Below are positions 9,635-21,665 of a stretch of 64,000 nt of DNA, piece by piece. This DNA is from Caldilineae bacterium (lineage in GTDB: Bacteria; Chloroflexota; Anaerolineae; Epilineales; Epilineaceae). The DNA lies in the NCBI GenBank assembly GCA_020634625.1, contig JACKBJ010000002.1, forward strand, positions 158,275 through 222,274. Direction: 5' to 3'. Positions within the stretch are counted from its first letter, which is position 1. Each line of letters begins with the position of its first letter. The translations under genes and the position numbers were made by a program. Below the pieces are notes generated by a model. It ran no database searches. It was not told the origin of the DNA and worked only from the letters and a program-made list of their open reading frames with translations.

Positions 9635-10153
9635 CTACCAGTCGCCGGCGTAGCCCGGGTCGTAGGGCGCCGCGTGCTCGCCCAGCCAGTGATGCTGCAG
9701 CTCGGTCAGCTGTCGGATGTGCAGGAGGTCGTGCTCCAGCCAGGCGTGCAGCAGGCTGCCGGCCGACATCGCGCCGAAGACCGGATGCACGTTCTCGGCC
9801 GACCAATCCGGTGCCGCGAGCCGGCGGAGCCAGGCGAGCGACCGGTCCCGCTCGGCGCTGAAACGGGCCAGCGCCTCGTCCAGGTCCTGCTCGGCATAGG
9901 CCCGATCCCGCACCCAGCCCTGCGGGTCGATCGACGGCCAGGCGGTGCCCGGCTGGTGCAGGGTCAGGTCGAGCCGGGTGCGGAAGTCCTCGACCTCCTC
10001 GTCGGCCAGGTGGCAGACCACCTCCAGGAGCGACCAGGCCTCGGGTGCCGGCCGCCAGCCGGCCTGCTCGGCCGAGACCCCGTCGACCAGGCCGCGGATC
10101 ACGATCCGATTCGCTTCGAGCCGGGCCAGGGCTTGGTCCTTCGCGATCGCCAT
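9635..10153 (-). CDS. DinB-family (DinB_2 / YfiT-like) putative metal-dependent protein
   Basis: Histidine-containing blocks are present: HLADEEVEDFRTRLD and HAWLEHDLLHIRQL. The length is 172 aa. Confidence 0.65.
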   Translation of the reverse strand: MAIAKDQALARLEANRIVIRGLVDGVSAEQAGWRPAPEAWSLLEVVCHLADEEVEDFRTRLDLTLHQPGTAWPSIDPQGWVRDRAYAEQDLDEALARFSAERDRSLAWLRRLAAPDWSAENVHPVFGAMSAGSLLHAWLEHDLLHIRQLTELQHHWLGEHAAPYDPGYAGDW

Positions 10154-10267
10154 GGGTATCGATGCTCCTTGATTCCGTGCGTTCGATTCGCTCCGGCGCG
10201 CGTGAGCATGATCGTCGCGCGCGGGATGGGGCGTGATCCGGTCCGTTGACTCGGGCGCTTCCCGGGC

Positions 10268-11578
10268 TCAGTCGGTCCAGTAGACCGCCCAGCTGTCCTC
10301 GGGCAGGGTCCAGCCGAGGGTGCCGCGGGCGCTGCCATCCAGGGCATGCACCACCAGGCGGGTCCAGCCCGGGCTGAAGCTGTCGTCGGTCTCGCCGACC
10401 AGGAGGTAGCGCCCGTCGGGCGAGAAGGCCAGCGGCGCCGCGTCCTGGCCCGTGATCGGCAGGCGCTGCGTGGCGCCGGCCGCTTCGACGTCGGCCCAGC
10501 CGATGCCCAGCGCGATCGGCGCGCCGTCCGCGCCGGTCGGGAGCGGCGCCTGGGTCCAGGCCGCTCGCTTCCCCGCCGCGTCCCAGAGCAGGCGCCGTGC
10601 CTGGCTGCCCTCGTCCAGCGCCAGGTCCGACTGTCGGCCGGCCGCAAGGTCGATCCGGTGCAGGTGGGCCTCGGACTCGCCGGCCTCGGCCAGCAGCAGC
10701 AGGCGGCCGCTCGGCGCGGTCCGGGCTTCGGCCCAGGTCTGGGTTCCGGCGCGCGTCTCCAGCTCGGCCAGCCGGTCCCCGGAGCGGGTGTCGATCAGCT
10801 GGACGCCGGCCAGCATGCCGCTGTCGGCCGCCTGTTCCAACAGCGCCGCGCGTCCGCTCTCGGGGTCCCAGGCCAAGAGCGAGAGCGGCCGACCGGGCGA
10901 GACCGCCTGGCTCTGCCAGAGCACGCGCTCGTCCACCGTCGGGCCGGCATCGCCACCGACCGCGACGGCGTGCAGCGCCCAGACCGCGGGCCGCGCGGCC
11001 AACGCCGGCTCCTGGCCGGGCAGGCCGCCGGTTTGCCGTCCGTAGGCCAGGCTGCTGCCATCGGGCGACCAGGCGAAGCCGACCAGGCGTGCCAGCGCGG
11101 TGTCGGCGCTGGCGACGATGCGCGGTCTGGCCTCGGGCGTCAGGTCCTGGACCACCAGCTGCTCGTCGGCGATGGCCGGCTCGCCCGGGGCCCGCTGGAT
11201 AGCGCGATAGGCCACCTGGTCGCGCTTGGGCGAGAGGGTCCAGTCGGAGATGTTGGCCCCGTCGGTGGTGACCCACAGCGTCTCGCGTCGGCCATCGACC
11301 AGGCCGAAGCGGTTGGCGCGGTTGGAGACGCCGGCCGGCGAGGCCGTCAGCGCCACCAGCGCGCCGGCAAGGGTTGATGGATCGAGCGCGGCGGCCGGCG
11401 CGGCCGGGGCCGCGGCATCCGAGGGCCCGGCGCCGGTCGCGGCCTGGCTCGCGCTGCGGTCGGTCTCGGGCCCGGGCGGCGGCGTCGAGCCCTCGCGACA
11501 CGCGGCGATCGACCCGCCCAGGATCAGCGCGGCAAGAAACGGCAGCCGGCGGCTTCGGATGGCGCGCAAGGCTGGCAT
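10268..11578 (-). CDS. Lipoprotein with TolB/PD40-like beta-propeller repeats
   Basis: The lipobox signal is LILGGSIAAC. PD40-like repeats are WSPDGSSLAY and FSPDGRYLLV. Confidence 0.6.
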   Translation of the reverse strand: MPALRAIRSRRLPFLAALILGGSIAACREGSTPPPGPETDRSASQAATGAGPSDAAAPAAPAAALDPSTLAGALVALTASPAGVSNRANRFGLVDGRRETLWVTTDGANISDWTLSPKRDQVAYRAIQRAPGEPAIADEQLVVQDLTPEARPRIVASADTALARLVGFAWSPDGSSLAYGRQTGGLPGQEPALAARPAVWALHAVAVGGDAGPTVDERVLWQSQAVSPGRPLSLLAWDPESGRAALLEQAADSGMLAGVQLIDTRSGDRLAELETRAGTQTWAEARTAPSGRLLLLAEAGESEAHLHRIDLAAGRQSDLALDEGSQARRLLWDAAGKRAAWTQAPLPTGADGAPIALGIGWADVEAAGATQRLPITGQDAAPLAFSPDGRYLLVGETDDSFSPGWTRLVVHALDGSARGTLGWTLPEDSWAVYWTD

Positions 11579-11744
11579 GGCATCACCTCCACATGGGTGC
11601 CGATACCCGATTATAGGCCGCCCGGCGTCGCTGGCATCGCTTCCAGGCCCGGTTTATACTCAGCGTGGCGGGCTCCGGGGTCCGGCGGGCCCCGCCTGTG
11701 CGCCCAACCGATCTCAACCATCCGGCCTGGAGCTCGTCGCGGTC

Positions 11745-12829
11745 ATGCCCCAGCCTCCGCCTCCGCCGCGCCTCGTCGTCTTCGGGCTGAGCCTGGCCCT
11801 CGGGCTCTGGCCGGCTGCCTGCCAGGGGCCGAGCCCCACGCCGGAGCCCATCGAGGCGGGGCCGATCGCGCTGGTCGCCCCACCCGGCGCGCTGCCCGAG
11901 GCGCTGCTGGACGGGTTCACGCGCGCCACCGGCATCTCGGTCGCGCTGCGCGAGTCGGTCGAGGTCGAAGCCCTGCTGCGCGCCGGCGAGCCGATCGATC
12001 TGGCCCTGCTGCCCACCGAGGCCCTGCCCGGCCTGATCGAGGACGGTCTGCTGGCGCCCATCGACCACAGCCGCCTGCCGGGCTTCCGGCGCGTGCCCTA
12101 CAGCTTTCGCGACCTGGCCTACGACCCGGGCAATCGCTACTCGGTGCCGCTGCGCTACGGCATCTCGGGGCTGATCCTGCGCCTCGGAGCGGTCGAGGCC
12201 TTCCCCCGCAGCTGGGCCGAGCTCCTGTCCCCCGGCCCGGGCGGGCGGCTGATCCTGCCCCGACGCCCACGCGAGGTGATCGGCGCGGCCCTGCTGGCCG
12301 GCGGACACGACGCCAACGCCGAGGATCCCGCGGCCCTGGCGGCGGCGCTGGAGCGCTGGCGGGCTCTGGGCCCGCGGCGCTTGCAGGTCCTCTCCCCCGG
12401 CGAGTCGGGCGCCGAGGCGCTGGCCCGGCCCGGGGCGGCCGGTCTGATCGGCCGCGCGGCCGACCTGTCGGCCGCCCGCGCGGCCGGCCTGGATGTCAGC
12501 TTCGTCGTGCCGGTCGAGGGTGGGCTGCTGTGGATCGAGCACCTGGTGCTGCCGGAGGCCGGAACCCGGCCGGCGAGCGCCCTGCGACTGGTCGAGCACC
12601 TGCTGCGGCCGGACGTGGCGGCCGAGCTGGCCCGATCCGGCTCGGTGGCGCTGGCCAACACGGCCTTGCCCGACGCGCTGGCGCCGGACCTGCTGGCCGA
12701 CCGCGCGGTCTGGCCGGAGCTGCGGGTCCTGCGCCGATCGGGCATGCTGCTGCCCCTGAGCCCCGCTGGCCGCGCCCTCCACGCCTCGATCTGGGAGCAG
12801 CTGTTGGCGCTCTTGGGCGGAGCCGGCTC

Positions 12830-12833
<4 letters not shown>
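11745..12833 (+). CDS. ABC-type periplasmic substrate-binding protein, PotD/PotF (polyamine) family
   Basis: A signal-peptide-like N-terminus precedes a PotD-like block (IDLALLPTEALPGLIEDGLLAPIDHSRLPGF). The true ATG at 11745 was chosen over the long N-terminal extension in the track. A TATACT -10 lies upstream. Confidence 0.65.
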
Positions 12834-14677
<1,844 letters not shown>

Positions 14678-14842
14678 AACGGCCTGGCCCTACGGGCCCG
14701 TTCGAGGGCGAGGCGGCGTCGACCGGCCAGGGGCCTTGGTGCGCGTGCCGCGGCCCGGTATACTGAGCGCCGATGCACCGACGCTGGACTCCTCGGGCGG
14801 CGCCCCTCCCCGCGCCCCCTGCCCCCCGTTTCGCGAGGCCGC

Positions 14843-15610
14843 ATGCGACGCCCGTTGATCGCCGGCAACTGGAAGATGCACAAGACCGCGGCCGAGGCCC
14901 GTGAGCTGGCCCGAGCCGTCGCCCTGGGCTGCGCGGGCCAGGATGGCTTGGACGTGCTCCTGGCGCCGCCCTACACCGCCCTGTCGGCCGTGGCCGAGAT
15001 CGCCCGGCCGGCCGGCCTGCTGCTGGCCGCGCAGGACATGCACTGGGCCGAGCAGGGCGCCTTCACCGGCGCCATCAGCCCGGGCATGGTGGCCGAGTGG
15101 GCCAGCCACGTCATCCTGGGCCACAGCGAACGGCGGGCCCTCTTCGGCGAGACCGACATCGAGGTCAACCGCAAGCTGCACGCCGCCTTCGCCCAGGGCC
15201 TGCTGCCCATCATCTGCGTCGGCGAGAGCGCGGAGCAACGCGATGCGGGTCAGGCCGACGCGGTGGTGGCGGCGCAGGTCGTGGCCGCCTTCGAGGGCAT
15301 TCCGGCCGACGAGGCCGCCCGCGCCATCCTGGCCTACGAGCCGGTCTGGGCCATCGGCAGCGGGCGCGCCTGCGATCCGGCCGAGGCCGCTCGGATGATG
15401 GCCCGGCTGCGTGCCGGGCTGGCCGAGCGCTTCGACGCCCGAACCGCCCAGGCGATGCGCCTGCTCTACGGCGGCTCGGTCAAGCCCGACAACATCCGCG
15501 ACTACCTGGCCGCCGCCGACATCGACGGCGCGCTGGTCGGCGGCGCCTCGCTGGGCGCCGAATCCTTCAACACGCTGCTGCGCCTGAGCGCCTCGGCCCC
15601 TCCGGGCTGA
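14843..15610 (+). CDS. tpiA: Triosephosphate isomerase
   Basis: MRRPLIAGNWKMHKT, plus an active-site region (ILGHSERR) and GGASL near the C-terminus. Confidence 0.93.
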   Translation: MRRPLIAGNWKMHKTAAEARELARAVALGCAGQDGLDVLLAPPYTALSAVAEIARPAGLLLAAQDMHWAEQGAFTGAISPGMVAEWASHVILGHSERRALFGETDIEVNRKLHAAFAQGLLPIICVGESAEQRDAGQADAVVAAQVVAAFEGIPADEAARAILAYEPVWAIGSGRACDPAEAARMMARLRAGLAERFDARTAQAMRLLYGGSVKPDNIRDYLAAADIDGALVGGASLGAESFNTLLRLSASAPPG

Positions 15611-15659
15611 GGCCGGGCCGGCGCTCCGTTCCGATGCAACCCCACAGGAAGGACCTTCC

Positions 15660-17300
15660 TTGAACGAGAAGCTGAAGATCATCCCGCTCGGCGGCCTGGG
15701 CGAGGTCGGCCGCAACATGACCGTCATCCAATACGGCGACGCCATGATCGTGATCGACTGTGGCTTGATGTTCCCCGAGAGCGACATGCCGGGCGTCGAC
15801 CTGGTCCTGCCGAACTTCACCTACCTGGCCGAGAACGTCGAGCACCTGCTGGGCTACTTCATCACCCACGGGCACGAGGACCATCACGGTGCGCTGGGGC
15901 ACGTGCTGCCGCAGGCGCCGGCGCCGATCTACGCCACGCGGCTGACCCGCGGCCTGATCGAGGTGCGGCTCAAGGAGCACAAGCTCCTGGACTCGGCCGT
16001 GATCCATACCGTGGAGCACGACGACGTGATCGAGATCGGCCCCTTCCGGATCGAGCCGATCCGGGTGGCGCACTCGATTCCGGACGCCGTCGGCTACGCC
16101 GTCCACACGCCGCTGGGCACGGTCGTGCACAGCGCCGAGTACAAGTTCGACCTCACGCCGGTGATGGGCAACACCACCGACATCCACAAGCTGGCCCGGT
16201 TGGGCGAGGCGGGCGTGCTGGCCCTGCTCTCGGACAGCACCAACGCCGAGCGCGCCGGCTGGACCCCCTCCGAGTCGATCGTCCGCGAGACCCTCGAACG
16301 GGTCTTCGAGCGCGCCGAGGGACGCATCATCATCGCCACCTTCGCCTCGAACATCTCGCGGGTCCAGGAGGTGATCAACGTGGCCGAGGAGTTCGAGCGG
16401 CGCGTGGGCCTGGTGGGCCGCTCGATGGAGAACAACGGCGAGATGGCGCACAAGCTGGGCTATCTCGAGAGCGAGCCGGGCACCCTGGCCTCGATCGGCG
16501 AGCTGGACGGCCTGCCGGATGACGAGGTCGTGATCTGCTGCACCGGCACCCAGGGCGAGCCGACCAGCGCCCTGGTGCGCATGGCCGACGGCCGGCATCC
16601 ACGCATCAAGCTGCGGCCGGGCGATACGGTGGTGCTCTCGGCCTCGCCCATCCCCGGCAACGAGGAGCTGGTGCACCGGACCCTGGACAACCTCTTCCGG
16701 CAGGGCGCCCACGTGCTGTACCAGGCCCTGGCGCCGGTGCACGTCTCGGGCCATGCCAGCCGCGAGGAGCTCAAGCTGATGCTCAAGCTCACCTCGCCGC
16801 GCTACTTCATCCCCTCGGGCGGCGAGTACCGCATGCTGGCGCTGCACAAGGAGCTGGCCGAGGAGCTGGGCATGCCCAGCGAGAACATCTTCGTCATCGA
16901 GAGCGGGCAGGTGCTCGAGTTCGACGCCAACGGCGTGCGGCACGGCGACAGCGTGCCCGGCGGCTACATCTTCGTCGACGGCTCCGGGATCGGCGACATC
17001 GGCGAGGCGGTGCTGCGCGAGCGCCGCTCGCTGTCCTTCGCCGGCTTCGTGATCGTCAACCTGGTCGTCGACGCCCAGAGCGGCGAGGTCAAGGACCTCG
17101 AGCTGATGACGCGCGGCTGGGTCTATCGACCGGAGTCCGAGGCCGTCCTGTCCGAGCTCGAGGACTTCGTGCGGCGCATGGTCCGCGGCGCCGAGCCCGG
17201 CGGCAACCTCTCGGAGCTGCTGCGCAAGCGCGTCGGCGACCTGGTCTACGAGCGCACGCGGCGACGCCCGATGGTCATGGTCAGCGTGCTGGAAGCCTGA
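15660..17300 (+). CDS. rnj: Ribonuclease J (metallo-beta-lactamase / beta-CASP)
   Basis: KLKIIPLGGLGEVGRNMTVIQYGDAMIVIDCG, the HGHEDHHGAL motif and a beta-CASP region. TTG start with an aggaagga RBS. Confidence 0.9.
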   Translation: MNEKLKIIPLGGLGEVGRNMTVIQYGDAMIVIDCGLMFPESDMPGVDLVLPNFTYLAENVEHLLGYFITHGHEDHHGALGHVLPQAPAPIYATRLTRGLIEVRLKEHKLLDSAVIHTVEHDDVIEIGPFRIEPIRVAHSIPDAVGYAVHTPLGTVVHSAEYKFDLTPVMGNTTDIHKLARLGEAGVLALLSDSTNAERAGWTPSESIVRETLERVFERAEGRIIIATFASNISRVQEVINVAEEFERRVGLVGRSMENNGEMAHKLGYLESEPGTLASIGELDGLPDDEVVICCTGTQGEPTSALVRMADGRHPRIKLRPGDTVVLSASPIPGNEELVHRTLDNLFRQGAHVLYQALAPVHVSGHASREELKLMLKLTSPRYFIPSGGEYRMLALHKELAEELGMPSENIFVIESGQVLEFDANGVRHGDSVPGGYIFVDGSGIGDIGEAVLRERRSLSFAGFVIVNLVVDAQSGEVKDLELMTRGWVYRPESEAVLSELEDFVRRMVRGAEPGGNLSELLRKRVGDLVYERTRRRPMVMVSVLEA

Positions 17301-17333
17301 GCCGCGATCCGGGTCGAGCCGGGCCCGTCGACG

Positions 17334-18767
17334 TCAAGGCGCGGCTTCCGGCTCGATCTCGACCGCGCGCATCCCCAAGCCCAGGATCAGCCACATCAGG
17401 GCGAAGGCGTGGGGGTAGGTGAAGAAGTAGTGGTCGACCAGGCCGGTGGTCAGCGCCGTGGCCAGCGCGGCCAGGCAGCCGAGCACCAGGGCGCGCTGGC
17501 CGCCGGCCGGCATGCCGTGCCAGGCCAGGAGCAGGCGCAGGGTCGCCGTGGCCATCAGGCCCAGGAAGGCCGTCAGGCCGATCAGGCCCATGGTCTCGGC
17601 GATGATCAGGTAGAGGCTCGAGACGCCGCGATAGAGGTCGATGTCGCGCGGGCTGCCGAAGCCGACGCCGAACCAGGGATAGCGCTCGATCAGCCGAAGG
17701 GCGTCCTTGTACTCGCCGAAGCGCATGACCGTGGCGCGGTCCCGGCCGGCCAGGCCGGCCAGAAAGTGCTCGACATAAGCATGGGTCCAGGGCAGGACCT
17801 GGGCCAGGGCCAGCAGGCCCAGCCCGGCCACCAGGCCGAGCGCCAGCATGCGCCGATCGCGGACCAGGCCGATGACGCCCAGCGCCGCGACGAAGCCCAC
17901 CAGCGAGCCGCGCGAGACGGTCGCCAGCAGGGCCAGGCTCATCAGCGCGACGGCGGGCAGCACCAGCCGGCGGTCGATCAGCGGGCGGCGGCTGATGGCC
18001 TGCGGCAGCAGCAGCGCGGTCATCACCCCCAGCATGCCGCCGAAGGAGTTGGGGTCGATCGAGGTGCCGGTGGCGCGCTGCAGACGTCCGGGATCGTCGT
18101 TGAGGAAGCGCAGCACGCCCGGGCCGCTGGGGTAGTCCAGCACCGAGAGGGTCGACAGCAAGCGCACCTGCAGCCCGTCGGGCAGCAGGTAGAGCGCCAG
18201 GCCGATGCATGCCGCGGCGAAGCCGAAGCCGACCAGGGCCAGGAAGATGCGGCGCAGGCGCTGGCGGTCCTCGATCAGGTTGGCCACCACGAAGAACAGG
18301 CCGGCGCCCAGCAGGAGCTCGGCGAAGCCGCGGATCTGGTTGCGGCCGGGCATGCCGTTGGCGCTGCCGGCCAGGAGCGCGGCGACCATCAGGCCCATGA
18401 ACAGCAGCACGCCGCCCGAAAGGGGCGGCAGGTGGACCCGGGCCTGGTCGCGCAGCACCAGGCGCATCAGGAAGATCAGGTAGACCGTGCCCAGGGCCAG
18501 GTCGAGCAGGGTCGGGTTGAAGCCGATGCCGAAGGGCAGGGCGGCGAAGGGCAGCAGCGTGATGACGGCGACCAGGGCCAGGAAGGCCAGGTCGATGTCG
18601 CGCATCACGAAGGGCGCGGCGGCCAGTGCCAGGAGGCAGGCCAGCGCCGCCAGCGGGTGGACGAAGACCGCCAGCGCGGCGCCGAGCAGGGTCGCCAGGA
18701 CGGCGCCGGCCAGGACGATGCGGACGCGGGCGCGCGGGTCGTCGATGCGCAGGCGGGCGAGGAGCAT
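17334..18767 (-). CDS. O-antigen ligase / Wzy_C-family polytopic membrane protein
   Basis: Multiple TM helices and a Wzy_C-like block (SRGSLVGFVAALGVIGLV). The start was chosen at the internal ATG (MLLARLRIDD), after an R/P-rich shadow extension. Confidence 0.6.
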   Translation of the reverse strand: MLLARLRIDDPRARVRIVLAGAVLATLLGAALAVFVHPLAALACLLALAAAPFVMRDIDLAFLALVAVITLLPFAALPFGIGFNPTLLDLALGTVYLIFLMRLVLRDQARVHLPPLSGGVLLFMGLMVAALLAGSANGMPGRNQIRGFAELLLGAGLFFVVANLIEDRQRLRRIFLALVGFGFAAACIGLALYLLPDGLQVRLLSTLSVLDYPSGPGVLRFLNDDPGRLQRATGTSIDPNSFGGMLGVMTALLLPQAISRRPLIDRRLVLPAVALMSLALLATVSRGSLVGFVAALGVIGLVRDRRMLALGLVAGLGLLALAQVLPWTHAYVEHFLAGLAGRDRATVMRFGEYKDALRLIERYPWFGVGFGSPRDIDLYRGVSSLYLIIAETMGLIGLTAFLGLMATATLRLLLAWHGMPAGGQRALVLGCLAALATALTTGLVDHYFFTYPHAFALMWLILGLGMRAVEIEPEAAP

Positions 18768-18922
18768 GGGCGCAATCCTAGGCCGGCGGGCCGATGGGTC
18801 AAGCCCCGGCTGCCGCCCGGCCGGGACCGATCGGGCGCGCGATTGACCGCCGGCCGTACGCGTTGCAGGATTGAGGCCCCCGCGCGCGCTGCTTCCGCGC
18901 GCGACCGAGCCAGGAGGTACCG

Positions 18923-19864
18923 GTGCACCATCCATCCGACCCGTCGTCCGGGCTCGCTCGCCGCCAGGGTCCCGCCGGCCGTCCAGGCCCGACCGAGCCC
19001 TCCGGTCCGCCCGGCCGCTTCGGCGCCCTTGGCCGGCTGACGTTGTTGGGGCTCCTGCTTCTGGCCGGCTGTCGCGGCGATCCGGCCGCCGCGCCGTTCG
19101 TCGATCTGGCCGACGCCGACTTCGAGGTCGGCGTGACCCCGCTGCCGCTGCGGGTCGAGGTCCTGGCCAGCCATCCGCACGATCCGTCGGCCTTCACCCA
19201 GGGCCTGATCGACTACGGCGGCAAGCTCTACGAGAGCACCGGGCTCAACGGCCGTTCCAGCCTGCGCCGGGTGGACATCGAGACTGGCGCCGTCGAGCTG
19301 CAGGTGCCGGTCGACGAGGCCTACTTCGCCGAGGGGCTGGAGCGGGTGGACCAGCGCCTGATCCAGCTGACCTGGCAGTCCGGCAAGGCCTTCGTCTACG
19401 ATCTGGACAGCTTCGAGCTGCTGGCCGAGCTCGACTACGCGACGGAGGGCTGGGGCCTGTGCCTGGCCGAGGCCGCCGGGCACCTGGTGATGAGCGACGG
19501 CAGCGACCAGCTCTACTTCCGCGACCCGGAGACCTTCGCGGAGCTGGGCCGGGTCGCGGTCACGCGGGCCGGCCAGCCGCAGACCATGCTCAACGAGCTG
19601 GAGTGCGTCGGCCAGGTGGTCTACGCCAACGTTTGGCAGACCGACGAGATCGTGGTCATCGACCCCGATACGGGCGCCATCGGAGCGGTCATCGACACCG
19701 CGGCCCCCGGCTCCGACCCGCTGTTGACGCCGGAGGAGCGCGCCTCGGCCGACGTCCTCAACGGCATCGTCTGGCTGGAGGACGCCGACCGCTTCCTGAT
19801 CACCGGCAAGCTCTGGCCGAGGCTCTTCGAGGTCGGATTCCAGCCGGCGGAGCCAGGCGGATGA
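18923..19864 (+). CDS. Glutaminyl-peptide cyclotransferase (plant/bacterial five-blade propeller type), lipoprotein
   Basis: The protein is collinear with Xanthomonas-type QC: SHPHDPSAFTQGL...YESTGLNGRSSLRRVDIETG...NELECVGQVVYANVWQTDEIVVIDPDTG...DVLNGIV...ITGKLWPRLFEV. The lipobox is LLLAGC. Confidence 0.85.
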   Translation: MHHPSDPSSGLARRQGPAGRPGPTEPSGPPGRFGALGRLTLLGLLLLAGCRGDPAAAPFVDLADADFEVGVTPLPLRVEVLASHPHDPSAFTQGLIDYGGKLYESTGLNGRSSLRRVDIETGAVELQVPVDEAYFAEGLERVDQRLIQLTWQSGKAFVYDLDSFELLAELDYATEGWGLCLAEAAGHLVMSDGSDQLYFRDPETFAELGRVAVTRAGQPQTMLNELECVGQVVYANVWQTDEIVVIDPDTGAIGAVIDTAAPGSDPLLTPEERASADVLNGIVWLEDADRFLITGKLWPRLFEVGFQPAEPGG

Positions 19865-21660
19865 GCCGGCACCGCTCGAGCCCTTCGGCCCCGCCCGCCG
19901 CCCGCCGCCCGCTCGTCGTGCCGAGCCGGCCCCGCCGACCCGCCGCGGCCCTGCTCGCCGGCCTGCAGGGCGGCCTGGCCGCGCTGGCCCTGCTGGCCGG
20001 GCCAGCGCCGCCGGCGACCCGCGCCCAGCCGGGGGTCGAGCGCCTGAAGCTGGAGCTGCTGGCCGAGCACCCGCACGACCCGCTGGCGCATACCCAAGGC
20101 CTGCTGTTCCACGATGGCCGGCTCTACGAGAGCGAGGGCAAGGACTACGCGCCCTTCGGCGCCGGCCAGCCCGACTACCGCTCCTCGCTGCGTCAGGTCG
20201 ACCCGAGCAGCGGCGAGGTCCTGCGCCGGGTCGACCGCAGCGACTACTGGGCCGAGGGCCTGGCACGGGTCGACAGGCGCCTGGTGCAGATCAGCTACCT
20301 GGCGCGCCGGGCCACCTTCTACGACCTCGACAGCTTCGCGGAGCTGGCTGGGGTCGACTACGAGGTCGAGGAGGGCTGGGGCCTCTGCCACGACGCGCCC
20401 CGTGATCGCCTGCTGATGAGCGACGGCTCGAGCCGGCTCTACCTGCGCGACCCGCGGAGCTTCGCGCCGCTCGGCAGCCTGACGGTGACCCTGGCGGGTC
20501 GCCCGCTGGCCAAGCTCAACGAGCTGGAGTGCGTCGGCGACCGCGTCTACGCCAACCTCTTCCCCGACATCGGGCGCCCCGACCTCTACGACACCATCGC
20601 GCGCATCGATGCCCGGACCGGGGTCGTCGACGGGCTGATCGACGCCGGCGGCCTGCTGAGCGCCGCCGAGATGGCCGAGTTCGGCGTGGCCGAGCTCAAC
20701 GGCATCGCGGCCGATCCGGAGCGCCAGGTCTTCTACCTCACCGGCAAGCTCTGGCCCAAGCTCTTCGAGGTGCGCCTGGTGCCCGACGATTCGCGCGGGA
20801 CGGTCACGCCCGAGCTCTCGCCCTCGCCGGAGCCCAGCGCCAGCCCCTCGAGCGGCCCCAGCGCCACGCCGACGGCCGCGCCCACCCGGCCCCCGGCGCC
20901 GCCCGAACGGCTGCGCGTGCAGGTGCTCGAGCGCCTGCCCCACGATTCGACCATCTACACCCAGGGCCTGCTGCTCCACGAAGGCATCCTCTACGAGACC
21001 TCGGGTCACCCGTCGGCGGCCACCGGCGGCCCGGTGCGGCTCTCCGCGCTGCGGGCGCTGGTGCCCGAGACGGGCGAGCAGCTGCGCATCACCGAGCTCG
21101 ACGACCGCTATTACGGCGAAGGCCTGGCCTTGCTGGCCGACCGGCTCTTCTGGATCACCTGGCAGGACGGCCTGGCCTTCGAGTTCGATCGCGACAGCTT
21201 CGAGCGCCTGGAGGTGCACAGCTATGCCGGCGAGGGCTGGGGCCTCTGCTCGGACGGCCACGACTTGTTCATGAGCGACGGCTCGGCCCGCATCACCCGC
21301 CGCGATCCCGAGGACTTCAGCGTCCTGGGTCAGGTCGAGGTGCGCGACATGGGCCAGCCGGTAGCCCGGCTCAACGAGCTCGAATGCGTGGACGACCAGG
21401 TCTACGCCAACGTCTGGAAGACCGACGAGATCCTGCGCATCGACCGCCGCAGCGGCAACGTGCTGGCTCGGATCGACGCCAGCGGCCTTCGGCCGGCCAG
21501 CGCCACCAACCGCGAGGCCGTGCTCAACGGCATCGCCTGGGATGCGGCCAGCCAGACCTTCCTGATCACCGGCAAGTGGTGGGACCTGATGTACCGCGTC
21601 CGCTTCGTGCCCGCGTCCGCCGCGCCGATCTATCTGCCGCTGCTGCGGCAGGGTGGCTGA
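19861..21660 (+). CDS. Tandem double glutaminyl cyclase: two QC propeller domains joined by a Pro/Ser linker
   Basis: Both QC domains are complete (HPHDPLAHTQGLL...NELECVGDRVYANLF...GKLWPKLFEV and LPHDSTIYTQGLL...NELECVDDQVYANVW...GKWWDLMYRV). The ATG overlaps the upstream stop (ATGA). Confidence 0.85.
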   Translation: MSRHRSSPSAPPAARRPLVVPSRPRRPAAALLAGLQGGLAALALLAGPAPPATRAQPGVERLKLELLAEHPHDPLAHTQGLLFHDGRLYESEGKDYAPFGAGQPDYRSSLRQVDPSSGEVLRRVDRSDYWAEGLARVDRRLVQISYLARRATFYDLDSFAELAGVDYEVEEGWGLCHDAPRDRLLMSDGSSRLYLRDPRSFAPLGSLTVTLAGRPLAKLNELECVGDRVYANLFPDIGRPDLYDTIARIDARTGVVDGLIDAGGLLSAAEMAEFGVAELNGIAADPERQVFYLTGKLWPKLFEVRLVPDDSRGTVTPELSPSPEPSASPSSGPSATPTAAPTRPPAPPERLRVQVLERLPHDSTIYTQGLLLHEGILYETSGHPSAATGGPVRLSALRALVPETGEQLRITELDDRYYGEGLALLADRLFWITWQDGLAFEFDRDSFERLEVHSYAGEGWGLCSDGHDLFMSDGSARITRRDPEDFSVLGQVEVRDMGQPVARLNELECVDDQVYANVWKTDEILRIDRRSGNVLARIDASGLRPASATNREAVLNGIAWDAASQTFLITGKWWDLMYRVRFVPASAAPIYLPLLRQGG

Positions 21661-21665
21661 GCCGC

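Noticed and set aside
9186-11501. 771-aa minus-strand ORF
   Set aside because: Only its C-terminal 119 aa (the VOC protein) is real. Upstream it runs out of frame across the DinB-like and PD40 lipoprotein genes, which carry the recognisable motifs in other frames.
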